Source: Tubiluchus corallicola (lineage: Eukaryota; Animalia; Priapulida). From it: DNA of 36,164 bases. Under the pieces are notes generated by a model. The model worked only from the letters and a program-made list of their open reading frames with translations, did no database searches and was not told where the DNA came from. The translations under genes and the position numbers were made by a program. This document shows, one piece after another, positions 23,301 to 33,334 of the stretch. Positions within the stretch are counted from its first letter, which is position 1, and every line of letters starts with the position of its first letter. The DNA is taken from the NCBI GenBank assembly GCA_030141605.1, contig JAQGDQ010001527.1:1-36164 (forward strand), in the 5' to 3' direction.

Positions 23301-25266
23301 TACACCAACATTTCTCAATTTTTTTTTAAAGGAAAACCGGATGATTGTGTAAACACGAGTTCAGAATAAAGAATGCTCTAAAATATTGAAAATTACAAAA
23401 GTTTTTTTAAATCAAAGCTTAGATTAAATAATAATTACCTCGGATACTCAAATTTCGTTAAACTTTCAAAGCTGCGCGCGGCTCAGTGAATCTACTAAGA
23501 TTGGCAGCGGCGCATTTTTGTTACATTCGCGTGTCTAACAAATAGAAGGCGGTACCGTGATAAACATGATCGTGAACTGCTGTGTTAGTTTCTGACGTCA
23601 TATGACGTAGAGCCCATTTTCGTGACGTCATGCATTTAACCACTACTGTAACACTTACACAAACCTGCTTGACGCACAAGGGAAGATGCCTGCCATTGTA
23701 CAAACTGTGGTTAGTTTGTGACGTAAGCAATAGCTGTTCGGTTGCCGTTAATTAACTTTCTAAGCTAATTATTCAAATATAAGGAACAACTGCTAACTTT
23801 TATATGCAAGAAAATGTATATTTTGGACGGTAAATTAAAATGGGATTGTATCTGAACAATCGTCCGGTCTTCCTTTAAGTACAGTAGAAATGATAGCCAG
23901 CATCCACTTAAGCAAAGACATGGCTTTTATTCAGACACAAATATTTGTGACGGTTTGACCACTTAAGGCCACGTTCACACAACAAACCAACTAAATAAAA
24001 ACACAGCCTAAAAAAAGGAAAATCAACTCGGTGAGAAGTAAACAAGGTACAAAAGCAAATACAGTAGGCGCCGTTTAATAGATTAATGCTTAATTGACTC
24101 AAAAACACCTGGAAAGGGCCCATTCCCATTCAAGTGTACAGTCAACATCGGATATAAGGGACACCTTCGGAGCGGAAAAAAATCGTCCCTTATATAGTGA
24201 GACTATTAAGCATCACCTACTATGATAAAAAAACTAAAGTTATGTTACCCCAGGGGTGTGCAAATTGCGGCCCGCGGGCCACTTGCGGCCCGCCGAGAGA
24301 ATATGTGCGGCCCGCGAAGAGATTTGTCAACCTAACGAAAGTGCGGCCCGGGCGATTAATTGAGTGTATCCAGCTGAAGTCCGTGCCACGATCCCAAAGA
24401 TAGTGCGGGTAGTTTTTTCTACTAGATCGGATGCCATTAACCCTTACAAGACGGTTGTAGCTTAATGTCACTGTACTACACAGACTGTGTGATACACATT
24501 ACTAATATGCATTGTAATGAAATTACCACTATCTGTCCTGAAAGTAGAAATATATGGTTTGTAATATAAATTTTAATAACTTCTAAAATAGTTTCTTGAG
24601 TGTAGTAGTAATGATGTACGCAGGTCGGATGCAAAAAAAATCGTTATTAGGCCTTTCTGTACTTGGCTCTTTGATCAAACTGCTCGTGGCCCGCAGGAAT
24701 TGCGGGAAAGTTTAATGTGGCCCTTTGTCTTTAGATGGTCTAATTCAGAAACATTCACATTACAATATAGAAATATCAGTCATGCACAAAGTGGTAAATT
24801 TTGCTACGTTAAACTAACATACTGATAAACCATTGTGAATGTCAATGACACGTCAATTCCGCAACGGCAGCAAGACTTTTGGATTTTTCAGGGAACCTGA
24901 CACTATCCATCGTACAAAGAACACATTAATACTATTTCCAGATCGTATCGTTAGCGCCAGCACCTAAGCATCCAGAGAAGAATGGAGGGGTAAAAGCGAT
25001 CATTTATGTTTAACCTCTGTCCACGCTGTAATCTATTAGATTCAAAATTTTACTTTTTCTTCGCGGTATAACTTTATGCAACTTACACAACTTGTTGAAA
25101 ATGGAGAAAGACTAAAGGCAGACAACTAATGGTAATAAAGCAAAAATAGCTATAGTATAGGCCAACGTGCAAGCTTACTAGTCAGACATAAAGTAGTTGT
25201 AAAACATAGTATACCTTTTCCGGCTCCAGTTACAAGAGCCCTCTTTCCATCAAACCTTATGTCCAT
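8205..25266 (-). CDS. DCXR: L-xylulose reductase / dicarbonyl reductase (classical SDR), 7 coding exons, 244 aa; join(25266-25215,23179-23082,21567-21413,18778-18736,13660-13496,10723-10606,8308-8205)
   Basis: Exons of 52+98+155+43+165+118+104 = 735 nt splice with GT-AG introns in consistent phase. Product: [24 protein letters not shown]...LLVNNAGV...[57 protein letters not shown]...[10 protein letters not shown]. TGxxxGxG, NNAG, S136 and Y149xxxK153 are present, as are DCXR-typical Q137/L143/H146/W191. Confidence 0.95.
8323..8839. mobile_element. hAT-like MITE (family B, copy 1), about 520 bp
   Basis: TIR CAGGGAT(G/T)AGAAT...ATTCTCATC(C/T)CTG; flanking duplication AAAATT; copies at 17844-18368 and 22526-23035. 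Confidence 0.88.
8997..10330. repeat. 29-bp AT-rich minisatellite (GTTAATCTGTTAATTATTTTTCTACTGTT)n, about 46 copies, in DCXR intron 6
   Basis: Period 29 (e.g. 10141/10170). Confidence 0.96.
10606..10723 (-). CDS. DCXR: DCXR coding exon 6 ([40 protein letters not shown])
   Basis: tttttctag| acceptor, 118 nt, CAG|GTAAAA donor; IRVNxVxP motif. Confidence 0.95.
10845..11450. repeat. 51-52-bp minisatellite (CCATAAAACAAACAGTCTTGTGATTTTGTAGCTAAATTTAGTAAAATT...), about 12 copies
   Basis: Units recur at 10888, 10939, 10991, 11042, 11093 and onward. Confidence 0.93.
11808..12540. repeat. Second copy of the 6912-7490 repeat, with an internal tandem duplication of about 170 bp
   Basis: 11810-11968 is repeated at about 11980-12135, then colinear with about 7075-7480. 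Confidence 0.75.
12682..13471. mobile_element. TA-flanked MITE family A, copy 2, with an expanded 42-bp array
   Basis: TATAGGTTTTACATGTC...GACGTGTAAAACCTATA; about 8 tandem TCTACATTTGACTTACCTAAGTCACATTTGAACTTTCCTGTG units. Confidence 0.9.
13496..13660 (-). CDS. DCXR: DCXR coding exon 5 ([21 protein letters not shown]...[23 protein letters not shown])
   Basis: tctag| acceptor, 165 nt, AAG|GTTGGT donor; contains catalytic Ser and YxxxK. Confidence 0.95.
14125..15200 (-). mobile_element. Degraded L2/CR1-group LINE 3' portion, interrupted
   Basis: Minus strand encodes [26 protein letters not shown] (about 15040-15125, frameshifted) and [18 protein letters not shown]...SLDCFKQ (about 14280-14380), typical of the L2-clade ORF2 C-terminus. 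Confidence 0.8.
15380..15549 (+). mobile_element. LINE ORF2 C-terminal zinc-knuckle relic
   Basis: + strand RFAFTRMKL.../[14 protein letters not shown]; continues after the Tc1 insertion at 16052; inverted partial copy at about 14840-14912. Confidence 0.55.
15552..16049 (-). mobile_element. Internally deleted Tc1/mariner element with transposase N-terminal HTH remnant
   Basis: About 26-bp TIR CAGTCATTTGCAAAAGTTTAAGACCA; TA/CA flanks; minus strand MGKK/(frameshift)[28 protein letters not shown]. Confidence 0.88.
16357..17224. repeat. 173-bp tandem repeat x5
   Basis: TGTAACATAATCAGTACA recurs at about 16357, 16530, 16703, 16876 and 17048. Confidence 0.95.
17477..17740. mobile_element. Small MITE-like element with imperfect ~40-bp inverted ends
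   Basis: TCCAAACAGCTTCGCACCGTTCATCACTGGCTGCGAAG pairs with CTTCGCAACCAGTGATAGACAATGCGAAGCTGTCTGGA; no clear TSD. Confidence 0.55.
17844..18368. mobile_element. hAT-like MITE family B, copy 2 (opposite orientation)
   Basis: CAGGGATGAGAAT...ATTCTCATCCCTG; 8-bp flanks GATGTAGT/GATATAGT. Confidence 0.9.
18736..18778 (-). CDS. DCXR: DCXR coding exon 4 ([14 protein letters not shown])
   Basis: cttttctttcag| acceptor, 43 nt, CAG|GTAAAC donor; phases match exons 3 and 5. Confidence 0.88.
18887..20959. repeat. 72-bp minisatellite, about 29 copies, in DCXR intron 3
   Basis: Unit AAAGGAAAGAACAAGTCACTCAGTATGTTGGGTTTATTTTACTGTTATCACTTAAACTGTTTGTGGTGTGCT. Confidence 0.97.
21413..21567 (-). CDS. DCXR: DCXR coding exon 3 ([14 protein letters not shown]...[23 protein letters not shown])
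   Basis: tttcag| acceptor, 155 nt, CAG|GTTCG donor; lies within ORF 21223..21576. Confidence 0.95.
21592..21745. repeat. 39-bp tandem repeat x4 next to DCXR exon 3
   Basis: GTTTACGACCACTTTTTCAACTTCAACCTAATAAGTTCA. Confidence 0.92.
22526..23035. mobile_element. hAT-like MITE family B, copy 3
   Basis: CAGGGATGAGAA...TTCTCATCCCTG; 6-bp flanks TAAATA/TAAATA. Confidence 0.9.
23082..23179 (-). CDS. DCXR: DCXR coding exon 2 ([32 protein letters not shown])
   Basis: ttacag| acceptor, 98 nt, GAG|GTAAGT donor; completes TGxxxGxG. Confidence 0.93.
23330..23874. mobile_element. Kolobok-like non-autonomous DNA transposon
   Basis: TTAA TSD; 19-bp TIR AGGAA(A/G)ACCGGA(T/C)GATTGT; AG terminus; partial copy at about 26085-26330. 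Confidence 0.82.
24251..24725 (+). mobile_element. hAT/Charlie-like MITE, 3' end degraded
   Basis: CAGGGGTGTGCAAATTGCGGCCCGCGGGCC start with repeated GCGGCCC subterminal motifs. Confidence 0.65.
25215..25266 (-). CDS. DCXR: DCXR coding exon 1 ([18 protein letters not shown])
   Basis: ATG at 25266 (gcaATGg context), 52 nt, donor AAG|GTAT. Confidence 0.92.
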
Positions 25267-25575
25267 TGCTGGTCAGTAATTATTTAAAGCAAATGCCAAG
25301 CCTGAAACAGTCAGAGAGGACCATCCGTTTGCGTACAAAATGCATTAATAATAAAACAATATTATTGTTGGTGATCGATCGAAATCTTATTCTTAGGTAG
25401 CAAAACTTAGGACAACCTTAAAAACGTACGGGAGAAATATTTCTTCTTATTAAAACGAATAATTTTTTTCTCACTACTACTGTAGTACTAGTTCACTTTA
25501 TGTACTTTCTACAGTACATGCCGGGCCGCTATCATTTGCACTGTGCGCATTTTCAGGATTTCGTTGTCATTGCGA

Positions 25576-25608
25576 ATGGCTAAAGAGAAACCACCAGGAC
25601 TTCTCCAT
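25576..25608 (+). CDS. Candidate first exon of a divergent plus-strand gene (MAKEKPPGLLH)
   Basis: gcgaATGg start and CAT|GTGAGT donor, 310 bp from the DCXR ATG. A possible second exon at 26835-26872 (ttag|QRQILRGQLLYS|GTAAGC) is phase-compatible. Confidence 0.4.
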
Positions 25609-25674
25609 GTGAGTAAAATTATTAGTTGCTTGTTACAGGGTTTAGTATGAGTGAGCATCGAACGTTCAAATTCA

Positions 25675-26088
25675 TTTTAAGTGTTTTTTGATGCAACTTA
25701 AATTACACAAACTTTATTTATTTTAAGTGTTTCTGATGCACATTATATTATATAAACTTTATTTATTTCAAGTGTTTTTGATGCACCTTATATAAACTTT
25801 ATTTATTTTAAGTGTTTTTGATGTACCTTAAATTATATAACTTTATTTATTTTAAGTGTTTTTGATGCACCTTAAATTATATAAACTTTGTTTATTTTAA
25901 GTGTTTTTGTTGCACCTTAAATTATATAAACTTTATTTATTTTAAGTGTTTCCGATGCACTTTATATTATATCAACTTTATTTATTTTAAGTGTTTTTGA
26001 TGCACCTTAAATTATATAAACTTTATTTATTTTAGGTGTTTTTGATGCACCTTAAATTACACAAACTTTATTTATTTTAAGTGTTTTT
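25675..26088. repeat. About 45-bp AT-rich minisatellite, about 9 copies
   Basis: TTAAATTATATAAACTTTATTTATTTTAAGTGTTTTTGATGCACC. Confidence 0.9.
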
Positions 26089-27073
26089 CGTGACATCACG
26101 CGTTTGAACAGTAACACTTATGCCAACATGCTTGACGCGCAAGGGAATATGCCTGTTATTGCACAAACTGTGGTTATTTTCTGACGTAAGCAATAGCTGT
26201 GTTCGGCTGCCATTAATTATCTGTCTGACATAATTATTAAAATATAAGAAACAATTACTAACTTTTAAGGGCAAGAAAATGTATGTTTTCGACTGTAAAT
26301 TAAAATGAAATTGAGTCTAAACAATCGTAAACTACTTTACGTAGTATTAATGCAGCTCCACACCCTCACATAAAGTCACTGGGAGCAAAAAAAATTTTCA
26401 GCATTTTTTTTACCTTGTGGCTTAGTCCTTTGACCTTTTGAACCAAAAAAACAGTAGATCTTTAAGTCTTACCCAGCCGTGTATCCGTTTGCCTTACATT
26501 AGTGTTGTCCTGAAAATGTCTTGTTTGAACCACTCACTAAAATATGCTCCTTGTCAAGTGTTATAAGTTACACTAGTTTGCTTGTCTAGATGTCGTTACT
26601 GTCTATAGGTTACAGTATGTTTGACTGGATGTGCTGTAATTGGTGTTTTAGCCAGATTTAGATATGTAAATGTCTTTCTTTATGAGCTAAACTGCAAGGG
26701 TAGTGTAGCAGAGAAAAGATTGGGGACGCAGTTTCGAAATGGTCGCCCATCTAATTTTGATCAAAATTGGTGTTGCTTATCTTTGCTTATCTTATTGAGT
26801 GCGCACCAGGATTCAGTTATCCCGTAAAATTTAGCAACGTCAGATACTCAGAGGCCAATTGCTTTACAGCAAGTAAGCATATCTGGAGCTAAGCCATAGC
26901 CAGTGTCAGGAATACATTTTCTTTTTTATTGTAACTTCTATGTTAAACTATATAGACAAAATGACTTAAAAATGACTGCCAAAAATCTAGAGCCTATGCT
27001 GTAAGTACAACTCCATTAAATTTGTGTATTTCTATGTGAAGTAACAACACTTATAATGTTTTACATTAACTTG

Positions 27074-28117
27074 TTATGCACAGAAGCAGTATCGTGCTAA
27101 ATACACTAGCATTAATATTTTGTTTATATTCCCTATTATTGACATGTCATTTTCAGAAGCGGTATTATAGCGGACATATTGGTAATTTGTTGCTGTAGCG
27201 TAAAATTGTACATCTTCAATCCAATTAAGAAGCGGTCCAATCTTTGTGAAGAGGGAAACGCCTTCACAAAATTCACTTTGTGATACAACTCCGATTACTT
27301 CTCCTGTAGATGGCAGTACCAGTGGCCCTCCAGAGTCTCCATTGCAAGCAGATTTGCCTGTAGAGTATGAGCAGATGGCAACTGTTTGGTTAACTTCTGC
27401 ACAAAATCCAGTGTCGACAACTTTTGTTGTTATCTTTTGTAAGTCAGGATGGAATAACACTCTCTTGTCTTTCGACTTTATCCTCCCCCACCCTGGTACA
27501 ACGATTGTCTCCTTCATGTAATTAGGGCTTCGACAAAGTGGTAGTTTAGCAGGCTGAATGTCGTCATCAAATGCAACGTTGTTATCCATTCGCACCAGAG
27601 CCATATCAGCTTCGTGTTTAAACTCAAAGCCTTTATTCTTAAAAATGGATGTGTAATTAGGATGTATCTTGTAATAGTAAACCCAACGTTCAACCTTCGG
27701 TTTATCGAATGTGTTGCTTCCTAGGTATATCTTGAAATCAGGCCCAGTTTTTGTATCATTAACACAGTGTGCTGCAGTTAAAACCCATTTGTGGTTGAGG
27801 AGGATTCCTGCACATGCTGCCTGGACAGCGATCACATTATTTCCCAAACGTATTAATTCTCTCGAATGAAGCCCCACAATATAGGGGAAATCTCTATTGA
27901 CAACAGTTTCGCCGCCAACAATTCTGGGTTCTGGTAGTAATTCAGGTGGCTCTGAAGAATTCCAGACAAATAAGTGACCAGGTGCTCCTCTTTTTCTTGG
28001 ATTTCGAGCTGCCAGATTATTTAAACGTGTTGCAGCTTTGCTTGTCGACTGACATTTAAGAAACCAGGACACGACGATGTAAAATAAAATGATACTTGTT
28101 GCTAAGTTTTGACTCAT
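27074..28117 (-). CDS. Single-exon chymotrypsin-family (S1A) serine protease with signal peptide and probable GPI/membrane tail
   Basis: 347-aa ORF with a hydrophobic N-terminus, RKR, R|IVGG activation site, LTAAHC, ADMALV, CNGDSGGP (intact His/Asp/Ser triad) and a hydrophobic C-terminus ILMLVYLARYCFCA. Confidence 0.93.
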   Translation of the reverse strand: MSQNLATSIILFYIVVSWFLKCQSTSKAATRLNNLAARNPRKRGAPGHLFVWNSSEPPELLPEPRIVGGETVVNRDFPYIVGLHSRELIRLGNNVIAVQAACAGILLNHKWVLTAAHCVNDTKTGPDFKIYLGSNTFDKPKVERWVYYYKIHPNYTSIFKNKGFEFKHEADMALVRMDNNVAFDDDIQPAKLPLCRSPNYMKETIVVPGWGRIKSKDKRVLFHPDLQKITTKVVDTGFCAEVNQTVAICSYSTGKSACNGDSGGPLVLPSTGEVIGVVSQSEFCEGVSLFTKIGPLLNWIEDVQFYATATNYQYVRYNTASENDMSIIGNINKILMLVYLARYCFCA

Positions 28118-28921
28118 TTATACAAGTTTTGACTCATTTATACTTGCTGTACCGTTTAAATAATTCTGAAACCTTCCGTTAAGTCAGCAGCGTAGATCGA
28201 ATTCTGGAATTATGCAAAATTCTAATCGACAATGACATTGTAGCTATATTAAGTTTTTCATACTAAGCATTGTTTAAATTCAATGAAATTTAGTTTTAGC
28301 GTCTTGTTAGTTCTTACTGTTTTGGAACAACACAAAGAGATCCTAAACTGCAGAACAACATTAGCTCAGCTCATCTGCTGTATCCTATTAAAGCGATTTC
28401 GTCAAAAATTTTCGAACGACATACTTCACGAATTCTTAAAGACGAAACTTTGCATTCGAAAATTCCTATTTTTCGTCCTGTGAAATCGGCTCTCGCGAGC
28501 GTTACGCCATCATTGATACATTTCTTCCCATGATACATAAGCTATGACGTCATCTCATCCTCGCGTGTTTGGCCTGGTCAACTAAATACTAGTACACGCA
28601 GAGAAGTGGGTCACCGTTTTTCACTGTTTATTTGTGCGTGTAAATATGAATATCAATTCGAAATAAAGTGTTAAATCAAATCAAATCAGTACCAGACTTC
28701 TACTAAATGATCAGTAAATTAAAAATCTAGTTTAGTTTTGAAATTTTGTAATCTTACTTTACAAATATGTTAATAATCTTTCGCTTAATATGCATCACCA
28801 TTTTTTCAGTTATAATAGCAGCCTGTATTCATATCAAACTTGAAAATACCACAAATTCCATATTCCTAAGTGCAGAATAAGTTATGAGTACTTTCTCATT
28901 GTCTTACTCAATGACTAACTC

Positions 28922-29072
28922 CTTACTTACTTACTTACTGACTTACTTACTTACTTACTTACTCCAGCACCTGGTATTCATTGTCGGTCACCCATCCAAG
29001 TACTAACCGCCTCTCCGTTGCTTAACTTCGGTGATCAGACGAGAACCCTTGTCATCAACCTGTTTTGAACAA
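28922..29072 (-). mobile_element. 5S rRNA-derived retroposon / pseudogene with (TAAG)n tail
   Basis: Minus strand GGTTCTCGTCTGATCACCGAAGTTAAGCAAC...GTTAGTACTTGGATGGGTGACCG...GAATACCAGGTGCTG matches metazoan 5S (boxes A and C) and is followed by (AGTA)n instead of oligo-T. Confidence 0.82.
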
Positions 29073-29368
29073 CCGGTATTTTCAACGCCGTAATTGTGTA
29101 TAAGCAGATACTCGTGATATACAAGAATTGCAAACTTGCTACATAGGAACATGTACTAATGCGTATAAATTGTCCTCAAGTACCGGTAAAATCCACACTA
29201 AGTTTCGTTTATTAACAATCAGTATGCAAATCAGTAACAACAGTATACAACCATGTTTAATATTAGCCTATATCGATTCGATTTTTTTTACTTTTTCAAC
29301 AACGGTAGTGAACGACTTAGAAAAGGACAAAAAATCGGATTTCCGTTATAAGTAATCTAGCTTGTCGC

Positions 29369-29598
29369 CTAGGATTCACAAATATACGGAAATTTTGCTG
29401 TATCACACGAGAAGTCATTCCACGTGTTCCCATTTTCCCGCAGGATGGCGCAGCTTTCGCCATCGCCGTAATTATCCGGTTGCCCATCTGCTACGTCCCA
29501 AGAAGTAAAAAGAGCAGGTCCACCTGTTGCAAACCACCTCCAGTCACCCTCCTCGTGTATGTCGGTTAAACCAATCCAAAAATGCTCACCAGCTTTTC
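29369..29598 (-). CDS. Terminal exon of a C-type lectin domain protein (QPD/WND, galactose-type)
   Basis: Minus strand reads KAGEHFWIGLTDIHEEGDWRWFATGGPALFTSWDVADGQPDNYGDGESCAILRENGNTWNDFSCDTAKFPYICES*. WIGL, QPDN, ExC, WND and YICE motifs are present. Phase-1 acceptor tag|GA. Upstream exons were not found. Confidence 0.9.
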
Positions 29599-29600
29599 CT

Positions 29601-29690
29601 ACTTAAACCTCCATCACCTGGTATTCCTAGGCGGTCACCCATCCAAGCACTAACCAGGCTCTAATCAGGCGAGAACCGGTGTTTGGCCGA
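29601..29690 (-). pseudogene. Second 5S rRNA-derived fragment (box A deleted)
   Basis: ACCGGTTCTCGCCTGAT//GCCTGGTTAGTGCTTGGATGGGTGACCGCCTAGGAATACCAGGTG. Confidence 0.78.
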
Positions 29691-29850
29691 AGTCTGACAT
29701 GATTAGAGCAAAAAAACACATTGATTGTAAAAGCAAAGAAAGGAAGGTTTCTACCTTCAACCTTATGAAGCATGAAGTGCTTGCCATGTAGAAGATGTCA
29801 ACATGTCAAACACGAAAATGCTGGGTAAAATAAAATCCTATTAATCCTAT

Positions 29851-30563
29851 TAGATTACAAGTTCAGTACCATGAATACTATACACAAGTGGTGACGAGTA
29901 AAAGTCCTAATTGAAGCTTAATAGCTCAACCACCAATGACAAAACTTCTAAGACTTAGTCGCATGCTGGCGCCATCTACGGATAGCTTTTGTATTAAAAA
30001 GACTGGACATTATATGACCTATAATTATTGATTTTTGAACATAAAAATGCCTGAAAATAACAATTGGGCAGGCATTAGAATTGAACCAGGAACCTTTAGA
30101 TTACAAGTTCAGTACCATGAATACTACACACAAGTGGTGACGAGTAAAAGTCCTAATTGAAGGTTAATAGCTCAACCACCAAGACAAAATTTCTAAGACT
30201 TAGTCGCATGCTGGCGCCATCTACGGATAGCTTTTGTATTAAAAAGACTGGACATTATATGACCTATAATTATTGATTTTTGAACATAAAAATGCCTGAA
30301 AATAACAATTGGGCAGGCATTAGAATTGAACCAGGAACCTTTAGATTACAAGTTCAGTACCATGAATACTACACACAAGTGGTGACGAGTAAAAGTCCTA
30401 ATTGAAGGTTAATAGCTCAACCACCAAGACAAAATTTCTAAGACTTAGTCGCATGCTGGCGCCATCTACGGATAGCTTTTGTATTAAAAAGACTGGACAT
30501 TATATGACCTATAATTATTGATTTTTAAACATAAAAATGTCTGAAAATAACAAATGGGCAGGC
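29851..30563. repeat. 245-bp tandem repeat x3 with a tRNA-like segment
   Basis: TAGATTACAAGTTCAGTACC starts at 29851, 30097 and 30342. Confidence 0.92.
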
Positions 30564-30892
30564 TTATAGCTCGTCCAGTATACCGAGCCATGCTCTCAAT
30601 TCATAACAGTGCATATAATATAATATTATTGTTAATATATCACTTCATTCTCGTTTTCTTGAAATACTATGATTATGTTATTGTCAATCTCCTATTCTAT
30701 TTTTGTCATTGCTTTATTCATGCTGAGTAAACTCATTGATTGGTTGTTAAATTATTTAATAAAAGGCGCGTTAACACTAAGTTAACGAGTCTTTCAGTAA
30801 ATACTTTAGCAACCAAAGTTTTTGTCCACATAATATACGTGGAAACGTGTAAAAATTGGGTCTGACATCATCCGGTTTTACGTTAGGATCTG

Positions 30893-31201
<309 letters not shown>

Positions 31202-31613
31202 GCAAATAGCGGTACACACATGCGTTTGTATTTAGGGTTGACGTTGCCTCCCCTCTGTAGCGTTCAAGATAATGACACCTAAAAATGAAAACCTTTATTT
31301 GATTAGTAGTGTTTTGTATTACTTCGTTTTTGTAAACATTTCGCTAAAACATTCGTTTATTCTCACACATAAATAGCATTATTTTGATTTTGTAAATAAA
31401 TTATTTTGCGTTTAAAAAATCAGTGGCTTGTTACAATAATTCTTTCAGCTTGGACAGTTTTCCTGTTTACATGCACGTGTATAAGCATGATAAAGAGGTA
31501 GGCTTACCACACATCTCTTCAAGCCAGATAGATACTTGAACTTTTCAAATAATGTTGAGCACAGCATTAATTTGGTTGTAACCGGAGCTAATTGTTTGTA
31601 GTGTACGTAGTAC

Positions 31614-32090
31614 ATGTCAAGTCATTAATAAACATAATATGGTTACAAGTGTCTGTGGTGTATTAGCAGAAGCTGTATCAATCAAGTGTCTGTGGTTCAT
31701 TACCAGTATATGTCAAGTCATTAATAAACGCAATATGGTTACAAGTGTCTGTGGTGTATTAGCAGAAGCTGTATCTGTCAAGTGTCTGTGGTTCATTACC
31801 AGTATATGTGAAGTCATTAATAAACACAATATGTTTACAAGTGTCTGTGATGTATTAGCAGAAGCTGTGTCAATCAAGTGTCTGTGGTTCATTACCAGTA
31901 TATGTCAAGTCATTAATAAACATAATATGGTTACAAGTGTCTGTGGTGTATTAGCAGAAGCTGTATCTGTCAAGTGTCTGTGGTTCATCACGAGTATATG
32001 TCAAGTCATTAATAAACATAATATGGTTACAAGTGTCTGTGGTGTATTAGCAAAACCTGTGTCAGTCAAGTGTCTATGGTTCTTTACCAC
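31614..32090. repeat. 96-bp tandem repeat, about 5 copies
   Basis: Units start at 31614, 31710, 31806, 31902 and 31998. Confidence 0.93.
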
Positions 32091-32522
32091 CAATATAATT
32101 CCATTTATTTGCACACTTAAGTGCATAAATTACAAAACAACATAGCAAATATAAAAAAATACAAAAATGTAAAATATATGACGAAGATACCCTTTATTTG
32201 CACACTGTATATTCAAAAAGGTATTTAATAGCCACAGCAAACATAAACAATACAAAGATATAAAATATATGACGAAAATAATCTTTATTTGCACACTATA
32301 TAGAATTCAAAAAGGTTTTTAACAGCAACGTATGAAATCTGATTATATTTGGGACTCGATAGCCACATATAATGTTCAAAATAAAATTTGCAATTCATTG
32401 CTATAAATTTAATTTTTATACAAAAACATTTTGAATTAAAACTCATTATTCACAGGGCAGAGAATTTTACGTGAGTTGCAAGAAATCTTAATTGGTATGA
32501 TTGCTGCTATTAAGATGAAATT

Positions 32523-32808
32523 TAATAAATTGTCTTTCAAATTGTTTAACAGATGTCAGCACGTTACACGTGAAGGGGAGAATTAGAATTACGATCAATT
32601 CTGTCGAATTTCCGTATTTGAGAATAAATTGTCTTTCAAATTGATTAACAGGTGTCAGCACGTTACACGTGAAGGAAGGAGTAAACCTGTGCAGTCAAAT
32701 TTAATAAATTGTCTTTCAAATCGATTAACAGGTGTCAGCACGTTACACGTGAAGTTGAGAATTATAATTACGGTCAATTCTGTCGAATTTCCGTATTTGA
32801 GAATAAAA
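32523..32808. repeat. Triplicated ~50-bp block (AATAAATTGTCTTTCAAA...GTCAGCACGTTACACGTGAAG)
   Basis: Copies at about 32524, 32623 and 32703. Confidence 0.8.
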
Positions 32809-33334
32809 CTGTTTATTTAAAGGATGAATTAATTTTGTTGTTTTAAGTTTAACACATACAAATTTTACGTGCCAAAACTATTCGACAATGACGAATTCGA
32901 CAGTTGGTCACATATTAATCAGTCCAGGCTTAATCGTGCATTGATGAATTTATTTTGGTTGTTTTAATCACAGTTTAGCACAAATTATGAAAATCGTCAA
33001 AATTAGCTTGACACAAGATAACTAAATTAATAGCCATACAAATTTATACCAAAGCAGAATTAGATTCGAAACCGTTAGACATTTTGTGTTTATGGTGCTA
33101 ACACAGGCCGTATTACGTCCAAAATCAGCTTTGAGATCTCAACTCATATGATCCTGTCTGTACCAACCCTTGTTCCATTGTGCCATTATCCCATGGTAAA
33201 ATAGGTCGCAGTGCTAATTAAAATAGTAGCTCTAGGTTCGCTTCCACAAAGTCAATAATCTCTCCACATGATTCTTAGCTGTAAATAAACTACTGTCATT
33301 AAAATTATGGCAAATGCGTGTAGTATGGGTGTAG

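Noticed and set aside
28963-29072. Functional 5S rRNA gene
   Set aside because: Diverged 5' end and internal substitutions, no oligo-T terminator, simple-repeat tail.
33107-33290. Upstream lectin exons in the inverted-repeat spacer
   Set aside because: Splice-like signals exist on both strands, but no frame gives CTLD N-terminal motifs and most hit stops.
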